A stretch of DNA of 59,127 nucleotides, filler included. It is 3 parts of 3 records of this genome, joined end to end, with 100 filler letters (N's around TTAATTAATTAA, not from the genome) between each part and the next. Parts side by side here need not be neighbours in the genome. Positions count along the whole stretch, not along the records: positions 15,629 to 41,524 come from DRR378314_1644; 2 more parts are not named here. The stretch is one strand, 5' to 3'. The position numbers were made by a program, and so were the translations under genes. Positions 31,407 to 40,111 of this stretch are shown in pieces. The number at the start of each line of letters is the position of its first letter. Position 1 is the first letter of the stretch. The notes below the pieces were generated by a model. The model was not told where the DNA came from. It did no database searches and saw nothing but the letters and a program-made list of their open reading frames with translations.

Positions 31407-32236
31407 AAACCTCGGTTCTGATCCCCGCCCATAACGAAGCGGATTACCTGCCGGCCTGTTTGACGGCCTTGCTGACCTCTGAGCCGGTGGCAGGGGGCGT
31501 GCAGGTGGTGGTGATTGCCAATGGCTGCACGGACAATACCGCAGAGATTGCCCGTGAGTTCACCGCGCAGGCCGAGGAAAAGGGCTGGCAGCTGCTGGTG
31601 CTGGATGTTGCGCAGGGCGGCAAGTTGAATGCCTGGAACAAGGGTGAGGCGGCGGCGTCGGGTGAGGTGTTGATTTATCTGGATGCGGATGTGGTGGTCT
31701 CGCCGCAGGTGGTGGTGCAAATCACCGATGTGTTGGATGTGGACACGCCACGATATGCCAGCGGGCGGGCCAATGTGACCTTGACAGGGGAGGATACGCT
31801 GACGCGGCATTACACGCGGTTCTGGTTGACCACACCCTTCATGGTGCATGGTGTGCCCGGTTTCGGGGTGTTTGCGATGAATCGCGCGGGGCGTGCGCGT
31901 TGGGGCGACTGGCCTGATATTATTTCGGATGATACCTTTGCGCGGCTGAACTTCACACCCGCAGAACGGCATAGTGTGCCCGCAGACTACGACTGGCCAA
32001 TGATCGAAGGGTTCACCCGTCTGGTACAAGTCCGCCGCCGTCAGGACATTGGCGTGGCAGAGATCGAAACCGGCTATCCGGAACTGATGGTCAACGACGA
32101 TACCCATGATCAAACGGTGCCGCTGTGGAAACGCGCGCTGAAAGATCCGGTGGCCTTTGTGGCTTTTGCTGCGGTGCGCCTTGCGATCCGCCTGCCAATC
32201 CTGCGCAGCGGCAATCGCTGGGCACGGGGACGTTAG
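31403..32236 (+). CDS. Glycosyltransferase family 2
   Basis: SVLIPAHNEA, NGCTDNT, GGKLNAWN, YLDAD (DxD); stop overlaps the convergent GT4 stop. Confidence 0.9.
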   Translation: MKTSVLIPAHNEADYLPACLTALLTSEPVAGGVQVVVIANGCTDNTAEIAREFTAQAEEKGWQLLVLDVAQGGKLNAWNKGEAAASGEVLIYLDADVVVSPQVVVQITDVLDVDTPRYASGRANVTLTGEDTLTRHYTRFWLTTPFMVHGVPGFGVFAMNRAGRARWGDWPDIISDDTFARLNFTPAERHSVPADYDWPMIEGFTRLVQVRRRQDIGVAEIETGYPELMVNDDTHDQTVPLWKRALKDPVAFVAFAAVRLAIRLPILRSGNRWARGR

Positions 32237-33423
32237 GAGCCGCTGATATGGGCCGCCAGCTTGGCGGCCTCAGTGCTGATGTCATGGCGTTCCAACACGC
32301 GCTGGCGCGCCGCATCGCCCATGGTGGTCAGCTTCTTCAAGGGCGTTTTGGCAAAGACCTCTATCGTATCGGCCAAGGCATCAACGTCCCCCGCAGGCAC
32401 CAGCCAGCCGTGAGTGCCATGCTGCACCAGCTCTGGTGTGCCAGCGATATAGGTGGCGATGACGGGGCGGGCGGCGGCCATGGCTTCCATCACCACCATC
32501 GGCAGTCCTTCGGCAAAGCTCGGCATGACCAGCGCATGGGCGGCGGCAAGTTCGCCGTTCACCCCGGCCTCGTCAAGCCAGCCGGTCAGGGTGACCCGGT
32601 CCTGTAACTTGTGCTCGGCAATCGCGGCCTCGATCAAGCCGCGCATCTCGCCATCTCCGATCAGGGTCAGCTGCACATTGGCCTGCACCTGCGCCAGCGC
32701 CTTGATCACGGCAAGCTGGCCTTTCTGTTCCACCAGCCGCCCGATGGCGACAAGGCGGCGCGGGCCGTCCGGTATCGGGGCCGGGTCTTTAAATTTTTGC
32801 GGTTCAATCCCGCAATGCACCACTTTGATCTTGTCCCAATCTGCGGGCGCGGCCCAGCGGCACAGCTGCGAGCGGCCAAACTGGGTGATCGCAACGGTGA
32901 AATCGGAATGCGCAATCTTGCTGCCCAAGGACAGGGCGCGGGGGGCGTCATATTCTTCCGGGCCATGTACGGTGAAACTGTATTTCGGGCCGTCCAGAAG
33001 GGCGCTGAACATCGCCACAGCGGCAGAATTGGTGCCAAAATGCGCATGGGCATGGGCGACCCCTTCGGCGCGACAGCGTTCCGCAACAAAGGCGGCTTCG
33101 GCTAGATAGATCAGATGGCGCAGTACGCCGACTTCGGAAACCCGGCCAAGGGTGATGGCGGTTTTGGTCGCTTGCCAGAATTGCGCCGCATCGCGTTTTA
33201 CCGCGCGCCAGCTGGCACCGAGCAGATGCTTTTTACCCTCGGCCAACACATATTCCGTGCGCTCTGCTTCATAGCGGTCCTGTGGATCAACCAGAGGATC
33301 ACCGCTGGGACGCATCGCCATGCGAAACACGTCATGGCCTGTGGCTTCAAGCGCGCGAATCTCGCGGCGGATGAAACTCTGTGACGGCTGCGGGTAGGTG
33401 TTCAGAATATATGCAATTTTCAA
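32233..33423 (-). CDS. Glycosyltransferase family 4 (WcaL-like)
   Basis: TTG start giving MKIAYILNTYPQPSQSFIRREI; HAHAHFG, IGRLVEQKG, EGLPMVVMEAMA (EX7E). Confidence 0.9.
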   Translation of the reverse strand: MKIAYILNTYPQPSQSFIRREIRALEATGHDVFRMAMRPSGDPLVDPQDRYEAERTEYVLAEGKKHLLGASWRAVKRDAAQFWQATKTAITLGRVSEVGVLRHLIYLAEAAFVAERCRAEGVAHAHAHFGTNSAAVAMFSALLDGPKYSFTVHGPEEYDAPRALSLGSKIAHSDFTVAITQFGRSQLCRWAAPADWDKIKVVHCGIEPQKFKDPAPIPDGPRRLVAIGRLVEQKGQLAVIKALAQVQANVQLTLIGDGEMRGLIEAAIAEHKLQDRVTLTGWLDEAGVNGELAAAHALVMPSFAEGLPMVVMEAMAAARPVIATYIAGTPELVQHGTHGWLVPAGDVDALADTIEVFAKTPLKKLTTMGDAARQRVLERHDISTEAAKLAAHISGS

Positions 33424-33436
33424 GGTAGGTTTCCGC

Positions 33437-34747
33437 CTATCGGCTTGCGGGATGGCGGGCCTGTCGTGCGGCACGCCCTTGCAAACCGGCCTCGCTGCGG
33501 TCCTGCCAAAGCTTGGCGATGCCTTTGCGCTTTTTCGGATTACGCGTTTCGGGGATCGAAACCACCGGCAGCAATCCTGTTTCACGCTGCATTTGCCGTG
33601 CGGTGCGGATTACAGGGCGGCGCAGTTCCAGCAGGAATGCCAGCACCAGACCCAGCACTGCGGACGCGGCCACACCCAACAGAAGGCGTTTTTTGCGGCT
33701 CATGCTGACCGGGTATTCCGGCACACGGGCTTCTTCCAGGGTGATAAACCGCTCGCCGCGCGCAGCGTTTTCCAGCGTAAACCCAACCTCGGCTTCGCTG
33801 CGACGGGTTGCAATATCGCTTAGACGCTCGCGCAGTTGCGTTGTGCGCCGTTCAAATTCGGCCAGAGTCCGTTCCACCTCTGGACGGGTTTCGATGCTGG
33901 CGCTCAGGGCGGCGCGGCGGTCCAGCAAAAGCTGGCGTTGGGTGTTCAGACTGTCCAGCAGGCGGCCAAGTTCTTCTTCCTCGCGCTGCACGGTTGCGGC
34001 GCGGGTGTTGCCGCTGCGGTCAATGTTTTCAAGGGCAAGCTGCGCTGAGATGATTTCGCGATCCAGCGTCAGCAACGCGTCATTCAGGCTGCCCAGTTCC
34101 GAGCGGCTGAAATCAAGCGAACCCTCGATGGAAATGTCATTGGCGCTGCGAAACTCTGCCAAAGCAGTGTCCAATGCCGCAATTTCTGCCTGCACGGTTT
34201 TTTCCTGCTCTTCAAAGAAAGCAAGGGTTTCACGGGTTTGCAGCTGGCGCTGCGAGGTTGCAAGGGCGCGGGTCTGATCGGCAAACAGATGGGCGATGGC
34301 CTGCGCAGTTTCGGGCGAATCCATTGTGGCGGTGATGGTCAGAACCGCAATGGCCCCATCATCGGAAAACCCTTCACGTACTGCCGCAACACCGGTGATG
34401 GTGACAGCCTGACGCAACAGGTCAACCTTGTCGGACATGCCGGGCCTGCTGGAGTCGCCATAGAGGCCGAATTGTTCAATGACCTTTACCAGATTGTCAT
34501 GGGCCATCAGCTGTTGTTCGATCAGTTGCAGCCGCCGTGCCGCAGAGCTTTCGACGGTGGAGCGGGCCAGCTCATCAGAGATCTGTGGCTGTTCAATCTG
34601 CAAAACTTCGGAAGATACATAGGTATGGGGCGTGAGGACGGCCCAGATCAGCGATCCGAAACAACCCGCGATGATCACAGCCGAGATCACACCCACGCGA
34701 CGGCGCAGCATGTCCAGAAAGTCGGCCATTGAAAAGATCGGTCCCAT
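33437..34747 (-). CDS. Polysaccharide co-polymerase / chain-length determinant (Wzz/GumC-like, no kinase domain)
   Basis: Two TM helices flanking a long periplasmic coiled coil, with a Pro-rich motif (ARVPEYPVS) before TM2. Confidence 0.85.
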   Translation of the reverse strand: MGPIFSMADFLDMLRRRVGVISAVIIAGCFGSLIWAVLTPHTYVSSEVLQIEQPQISDELARSTVESSAARRLQLIEQQLMAHDNLVKVIEQFGLYGDSSRPGMSDKVDLLRQAVTITGVAAVREGFSDDGAIAVLTITATMDSPETAQAIAHLFADQTRALATSQRQLQTRETLAFFEEQEKTVQAEIAALDTALAEFRSANDISIEGSLDFSRSELGSLNDALLTLDREIISAQLALENIDRSGNTRAATVQREEEELGRLLDSLNTQRQLLLDRRAALSASIETRPEVERTLAEFERRTTQLRERLSDIATRRSEAEVGFTLENAARGERFITLEEARVPEYPVSMSRKKRLLLGVAASAVLGLVLAFLLELRRPVIRTARQMQRETGLLPVVSIPETRNPKKRKGIAKLWQDRSEAGLQGRAARQARHPASR

Positions 34748-34865
34748 CAGTCTCTATCTATCCCAGTTTTGTTTCATCAACAAATGCGTGATGCACCCGA
34801 AGATAGTCCCATTAATCAGAACATTCTGTCCAGAATAGGGCAAAAACAATCAGAAGATGAGGGGC

Positions 34866-34896
34866 AAAAAAGGCGGCCAAGGGAAAAAGGCCGCCT
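34866..34896 (-). terminator. Rho-independent terminator after the CpsD/CapB-like gene
   Basis: Stem AGGCGGCC/GGCCGCCT (34871-34878 with 34889-34896) followed on the minus strand by a U tract. Confidence 0.75.
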
Positions 34897-34922
34897 GATT
34901 GGGGTATGAGTAAGCCCTGAAC

Positions 34923-35879
34923 TTAGGAATAGCGCGGGATGGAGTCTGCGCGTGCCCGGTTCAAGACGACGCCCAGCAGGGGCACTTGATTGTTCAGCAG
35001 ACGTTCGCATTCCATCAGTTCGCGGCCCATTGTCTGGGTGCCATCCGAAACCAGCAGCACACCGTCAAGCTGTGGCAGAAAGGCAGAGACATCATCATGG
35101 GTCAGCATTGCAGGCAGATCGTAAAGAACAATTTCCGGCTGCAACGCGGCGCGCATGCGTTCCATGGTATGGGCGGTCTCGGCTGACTGAAGGGTTTCAG
35201 CCGCTTCAGCGTCCGCGCTATTGTTCAGCCCCAAAGCCAAAGTGTCGCTGACCTTGACCATGTGATCGCCGATGGGCGCATGACCCATCAGAAAATCCCG
35301 CATGGAGCCGCGTGGGGTGATGTCAAACGCCTTGGCGATGCCGGGGCGGCGCAGGTTGAAATCCATCAGCACCGTGCGCGAACCCTTTACCCGTGACAGG
35401 CTAAGCGCGAGGTTCATCGCGGTGAATGTATTGCCGCAGCCCGACGTCGGGGTGGTGATCCCGATATTGGTCCAGCCGTGTTCCTGGGTGATTTGGCGCA
35501 GCCTTGTGCGCAGCTGGTCAAAGGCGCGCACAGATGCGCTGTCGCGGGCCGCATCAACTACGGGCAAGGCGGTGTTATCCTTGCGGCTGGTGCCGGGATC
35601 AACCTGATCCAGCTCGTGCCAGCGGGGCAGGTTGGTGTCAGGTGCATAGCTTTTGGGTGATGCGGGGGCCAAAGCGGTTTGGACATGTGATTTGACCGTT
35701 GCGGGCACAATGCGCGCATCGGTTTTGTCGCCATTGTCATTCACCAGCGCCCGACGTGGACGGATGCTGTGGCGCATGCCGGCTTTCGACATTACGACTG
35801 GCGTGTCCAACATTTCAGCGTGGAGATCCTCTGCGGTATGTAAATCACGCATTTCTGTCTCCTTCGGAGGTTTGGCCAT
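34923..35879 (-). CDS. CpsD/CapB-family BY-kinase-like ATPase with degenerate catalytic motifs
   Basis: AFDQLRTRL, Walker A region TPTSGCGNT, A' MDFNLRRP, Walker B YDLPA, DGVLLV, LLGVVLN. Confidence 0.85.
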   Translation of the reverse strand: MAKPPKETEMRDLHTAEDLHAEMLDTPVVMSKAGMRHSIRPRRALVNDNGDKTDARIVPATVKSHVQTALAPASPKSYAPDTNLPRWHELDQVDPGTSRKDNTALPVVDAARDSASVRAFDQLRTRLRQITQEHGWTNIGITTPTSGCGNTFTAMNLALSLSRVKGSRTVLMDFNLRRPGIAKAFDITPRGSMRDFLMGHAPIGDHMVKVSDTLALGLNNSADAEAAETLQSAETAHTMERMRAALQPEIVLYDLPAMLTHDDVSAFLPQLDGVLLVSDGTQTMGRELMECERLLNNQVPLLGVVLNRARADSIPRYS

Positions 35880-35927
35880 AAGACCTGTTTACACCTTCTT
35901 GTGCCATCTCAACATCATGTCCCATAC

Positions 35928-36671
35928 TTAGTGACCCGTCGGGCGCAAAACCACGCCAATGGTTTTGAAAAGGATGGTCAGATCCAGTTTCAGTGTCAGG
36001 GACCGCTCATAGGCGCTGTCTACTTCGTTGCGATAGGTAAAACGTTCACTGTTGCGCGCCGAGACCTGCCACAGGCCGGTAATGCCGGGCTTCACAGCGT
36101 TGTAATGGGTCGCATCACCATACATTTCCAACTGCTCGGGCATCATTGGGCGCGGGCCGACAAGGCTCATGTCGCCAATCAGGACGTTAAGCAGCTGGGG
36201 CAGCTCGTCCATTGAGGTTTTGCGCAGCAGATGGCCCAGAGGCGTGATGCGCGGATCATTGCGCAGCTTCTGGATCTCGTCCCATTCGCGCCGCATTTCA
36301 GGGTCTTTGGCGAGATATTCTTCAAGAACCTGATCTGCATTCGGCACCATGGTGCGCAGCTTCAGGATCGAGAACCGCTTGCCCGCTGAACCCAGACGCT
36401 CCTGCGTATAGAAAGGATTGCCGCCGCTCACCCAGAGAGCCAGCGCCGACAGGGCGATGATCGGCAGGGAAAAGGGCAGTGTCAGCAAAACAAACAACAC
36501 ATCCATGACACGTTTGCCAAGGTGGCGATACAGGTAGACCGGGTCGGGCTTGGCCGCCAATGCTGCATCCCAAACCGGGCTGCGGCGAACCACGGCAGAG
36601 TCAGCAAAAGCCGTTCCATTGGCAAATGGAAACATGCCAAAATCGGCAGAATTCGTTACATTGTCTTTCAT
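35928..36671 (-). CDS. Priming sugar-phosphate transferase (bacterial sugar transferase family)
   Basis: KRVMDV + TM, KLRTM, DPRIT, LRKTSMDELPQLLNVLIGDMSLVGPRP, KPGITGLWQV. Confidence 0.93.
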   Translation of the reverse strand: MKDNVTNSADFGMFPFANGTAFADSAVVRRSPVWDAALAAKPDPVYLYRHLGKRVMDVLFVLLTLPFSLPIIALSALALWVSGGNPFYTQERLGSAGKRFSILKLRTMVPNADQVLEEYLAKDPEMRREWDEIQKLRNDPRITPLGHLLRKTSMDELPQLLNVLIGDMSLVGPRPMMPEQLEMYGDATHYNAVKPGITGLWQVSARNSERFTYRNEVDSAYERSLTLKLDLTILFKTIGVVLRPTGH

Positions 36672-36977
36672 TCCAACCCCCCAGGGTCAAATACTCACTT
36701 GTTAAACCAGACATCCTCCAGATGCCCGCATACTGCTCTACTGATGTGCTGGGAAGGGGAAAGGTTAACGCAAAGCGCCAAAACCATCCAATTCTTACAG
36801 CGACCCGGGCCTTTTTGGTGACACAACAACGTCAAGATGTACAACGTGGTATTGTCGGATCCGGGACCGGTATAAACAGACGCAATATTCTCAACGCATC
36901 TATAACTCATTTTCGCCGCATTTGATGAAAAGCCGGGGAAACAGTCTGTTTCTAGCAGGTTTTGACAACATTGACCT

Positions 36978-36995
36978 AACAATCATGTGATTGTT
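36978..36995. promoter_or_regulatory. Perfect 18-bp inverted repeat, candidate transcription-factor site
   Basis: AACAATCA-TG-TGATTGTT in the divergent intergenic region between the EPS genes and the LacI gene. Confidence 0.45.
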
Positions 36996-37126
36996 TACAA
37001 AAGCGCTGCTTTACTGCCTAAATTTCTCGTCATGCGGGAATAGCCTATTGCCTCATTTCGGCCATGCAAGTGCAGGCCAAGGGGGCAAAATAGAATCAGT
37101 TAGGTGTAATTTTTCACGTATCTAAA

Positions 37127-37140
37127 TTTCCGCGCGACAA
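37127..37140. promoter_or_regulatory. Candidate LacI-family operator (autoregulatory copy)
   Basis: TTTCCGCGCGACAA matches the copy at 38567 at 12/14 positions; CG-centred pseudo-palindrome. Confidence 0.6.
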
Positions 37141-37206
37141 TTTTGAAATCTTGTTGTAAAGTTTTATTGACCGTATCTTAATGTGCCCTCAGGAAGGTGC
37201 TGCACG

Positions 37207-38238
37207 ATGGAACACACGAAGATCAGGAACATGGAAGAATTCGCCTCGATCAGCGGATTGTCACGCCCCACGGTCTCCAAATATTTTCACGATCCCAGCT
37301 CTGTGCGGGCAACCACCCGTGCAAGGATCGAAGCCGCGCTGGAGAAATACGACTATCGGCCCAACATCTTCGCGATGAACCAGAACCGCAAGTTGACCAA
37401 GAATGTCGGCATTCTGGTGCCCTATCTGGCAGATCCGTTTTTTGCCGAAATTGCCCGCAATATCGAGCAGCGGTGCATTGATGCGGGGTATAGCCCGACA
37501 TTGTACAGTTCGCACGGGGATCCCGCGTTAGAAATCGAGATATTGGAAAACCTGCGCGCGCTGAAACCTGCAGGGGCGCTGATTGCCCCCTTGGGACGAA
37601 TTTCGGACAGCAGCGCGGTGGCCGCGTTCTGTGATGATGTGCCAACTGTTCTGTTTGACAGCAACCTGCCGGACGTCGGCCTTGCCTTTATCGGGTCGGA
37701 CAATCCACAGTTTTCAATGGTTATGGTGGAATACCTCAGCCGCACGGGCGAGCCGCCTTGTTTCTTTGAAATGAAAGACCCGGCCAACCCAAACGCCAAC
37801 AAGCGCCGTCAGGGTTATCTTGATGCGATGGCAAAGCTGGGGTTTGAGCCGTCAATCGTAAAGGTGGACGGGCAGGGGTGGTCGTTTGAGGAAATCGGCC
37901 GTGCCGGGGGCATTCAGACATTGGAGGCAGGGGGTTTTGCGACCAATACGATATTGTGCAGCAATGACCGGCTTGCCATCGGACTATTGGCCGCCTGTTA
38001 TGAGAAAGGTCTGCGGGTAGGGCGTGAGGCTGGCAGTGATCTGCGGGTTGCGGGGCAGGACGATCACCCATTCTCCAGGTTTACCTGTCCGTCATTGACC
38101 ACCATTGCACAGGATTATGAAGCAGTGTCGCGCCGCGCCGTTCGGACCTTGTTTGATGTGGTCGAATCCGGTGAACAGACCCGTCCGCATGAAACCGTGC
38201 TCTATGAAGGCAAGCTGATCATGCGGCAATCCGCCTAA
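37207..38238 (+). CDS. LacI-family transcriptional regulator (polyol utilisation)
   Basis: HTH MEEFASISGLSRPTVSKYF, hinge YRPNIFAMN, DPFFAEI, CSNDRLAIG, PSLTTIAQD; AGGAAGG RBS. Confidence 0.92.
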   Translation: MEHTKIRNMEEFASISGLSRPTVSKYFHDPSSVRATTRARIEAALEKYDYRPNIFAMNQNRKLTKNVGILVPYLADPFFAEIARNIEQRCIDAGYSPTLYSSHGDPALEIEILENLRALKPAGALIAPLGRISDSSAVAAFCDDVPTVLFDSNLPDVGLAFIGSDNPQFSMVMVEYLSRTGEPPCFFEMKDPANPNANKRRQGYLDAMAKLGFEPSIVKVDGQGWSFEEIGRAGGIQTLEAGGFATNTILCSNDRLAIGLLAACYEKGLRVGREAGSDLRVAGQDDHPFSRFTCPSLTTIAQDYEAVSRRAVRTLFDVVESGEQTRPHETVLYEGKLIMRQSA

Positions 38239-38276
38239 CGCCGGCCCTGCTAACAAACCTGTGTCATGAGTTCGCC

Positions 38277-38292
38277 TTAACGGTTTGTTAAC
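38277..38292 (+). promoter_or_regulatory. Canonical CtrA-box match
   Basis: TTAA-CGGTTTG-TTAAC equals TTAA-N7-TTAAC. Confidence 0.45.
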
Positions 38293-38566
38293 CTCAGGGT
38301 CGGTAGTTTCCTCTTGTCCGTGCGTGAAGATATGGCGCTGAACACCCCGGGGCAGATCTTCTTGATGACCCGGTGTGCGGCCCTCTGGTTTCCTTGTTTG
38401 CAGCAGGTCGCGGCCGGATCTTGAGGCTAAAACACCGGCTCCTATGCCTATTCAACCGAATTTCTTTTATGAAATGCAGCTTTGCGGATGTCGTGTTTAA
38501 TTTATTGTTCACAGCAGGATAGGGGGCATTTCAGGTGGCTATCTGCAGAATTTCGATATGAGAAAC

Positions 38567-38617
38567 TTTCCGCGCGTAAATTTTTATTTGACGGCGCGCT
38601 TTGTTTTTGACTAACCT
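38567..38617 (+). promoter_or_regulatory. Operator plus sigma70-like promoter of smoE
   Basis: TTTCCGCGCGTAAA (38567-38580); -35 TTGACG (38588-38593), 18-bp spacer, -10 TAACCT (38612-38617); GGAGG RBS before 38654. Confidence 0.6.
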
Positions 38618-38653
38618 AACGGCACATAACATCTAACTTTAGGGAGGATTCGG

Positions 38654-39955
38654 ATGTCTTTGAGAAACGCACTTGGTGCGGCGACAGCGGTATCGCTGAT
38701 CACTGCAAGTGGCGCATTTGCCGAAACGCTTACAATCGCGACCGTGAACAACGGCGATATGATCCGCATGCAGGGTCTGACCGCTGACTTCACAGAGAAG
38801 ACCGGCCACGAGGTGGAGTGGGTGACCTTGGAAGAAAACGTGTTGCGCCAGCGCGTCACCACGGACATCACCACCAAGGGGGGATCCTTCGACATCATGA
38901 CAATCGGCATGTATGAAACGCCGATCTGGGGCAAAAACGGCTGGTTGATCCCGCTGGATGATCTGTCCGCAGACTATAACGCTGCAGATATCCTGCCTGC
39001 CATGTCCGGTGGCCTGTCATATGATGGCACGCTTTATGCATCACCTTTCTACGGTGAGTCCTCCATGGTTATGTATCGCACAGACCTGATGGAAGCTGCT
39101 GGCATGGAAATGCCAAAAGCCCCAACATGGGAATTCATCCGTGATGCGGCGGCTGCGATGACTGATCGCGAAAAGGAAATCAACGGTATCTGCCTGCGCG
39201 GCAAGGCCGGCTGGGGCGAGGGCGGTGCCTTCATCACAGCGATGTCCAACTCTTTCGGCGCGCGCTGGTTCGACATGGACTGGAACCCGCAGTTTGACAC
39301 CGAAGCATGGGCCAACACGGTCAACTTCTTCAAGGACATGATGGATGCATCCGGTCCTGCCGGTTATGCGACAAACGGGTTTAACGAAAACCTGTCCCTG
39401 TTCAACCAGGGCAAATGTGGCATGTGGATTGACGCAACGGTTGCGGCGTCCTTCGTGACGGGCAAAGACTCCACCGTTGCAGATCATGTTGGTTTCGCCT
39501 TGGCACCGGACAATGGTCTGGGCAAACGCTCCAACTGGCTCTGGGCATGGGCACTGGCCATTCCTGCGGGCACCCAGAAAGAAGCCGCTGCGAAAGAGTT
39601 CATCGAATGGGCCACCGGTACTGGCTACATCGAATTGGTTGCGGCCAACGAAGGCTGGGCAAATGTCCCTCCGGGTGCGCGTACATCCCTGTACGAGAAC
39701 CCAGAGTACCAGAAAGTGCCTTTCGCACAGATGACACTGGACTCGATCCTGTCAGCTGATCCGAACAACTCTACCGTCGAAGAAAGCCCTTATGTTGGTG
39801 TGCAATTTGCAGCGATCCCCGAGTTTGCCGGCATCGCCACTGACGTTAGCCAGGAGTTCTCTGCTGCTTATGCCGGTCAGCAGACCGTTGAAGAGGCTTT
39901 GGCCAAGGCACAGGCGTTGACGAACGACGCCATGGAAGCCGCTGGCTACAAATAA
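38654..39955 (+). CDS. smoE: Sorbitol/mannitol ABC transporter substrate-binding protein
   Basis: Signal peptide then ETLTIATVNNGDMIRMQ, WVTLEENVLRQRVTTDI, PFYGESS, GICLRGKAGWGE, NWLWAW. Confidence 0.88.
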   Translation: MSLRNALGAATAVSLITASGAFAETLTIATVNNGDMIRMQGLTADFTEKTGHEVEWVTLEENVLRQRVTTDITTKGGSFDIMTIGMYETPIWGKNGWLIPLDDLSADYNAADILPAMSGGLSYDGTLYASPFYGESSMVMYRTDLMEAAGMEMPKAPTWEFIRDAAAAMTDREKEINGICLRGKAGWGEGGAFITAMSNSFGARWFDMDWNPQFDTEAWANTVNFFKDMMDASGPAGYATNGFNENLSLFNQGKCGMWIDATVAASFVTGKDSTVADHVGFALAPDNGLGKRSNWLWAWALAIPAGTQKEAAAKEFIEWATGTGYIELVAANEGWANVPPGARTSLYENPEYQKVPFAQMTLDSILSADPNNSTVEESPYVGVQFAAIPEFAGIATDVSQEFSAAYAGQQTVEEALAKAQALTNDAMEAAGYK

Positions 39956-39993
39956 GACCGTACCTGTGTAACTTGTAACGAGTTCACGCGTAC

Positions 39994-40026
39994 TGAAGGG
40001 CGGCGGCCCGGTGCAGCCGCCCTTCA
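39994..40026 (+). other. 11-bp stem-loop after the binding-protein gene
   Basis: TGAAGGGCGGC pairs with GCCGCCCTTCA, no U tract; typical mRNA-stabilising hairpin in ABC operons. Confidence 0.65.
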
Positions 40027-40111
40027 CACCCCCACCATTTCATTCATAATCCGAAATCTCTGACGGCCCACCGCCCTGATGGCTGGCCCGTCCCCGAGAA
40101 AGGTGACTCCA

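Noticed and set aside
33424-33585. N-terminal extension of the GT4 ORF as given in the track
   Set aside because: It overlaps the 3' end of the Wzz-like gene; GT4 homology begins at MKIAYI (TTG 33423).
38294-38512. 72-aa minus-strand ORF between the LacI gene and smoE
   Set aside because: No recognisable motif or RBS; not supportable as a gene from sequence alone.
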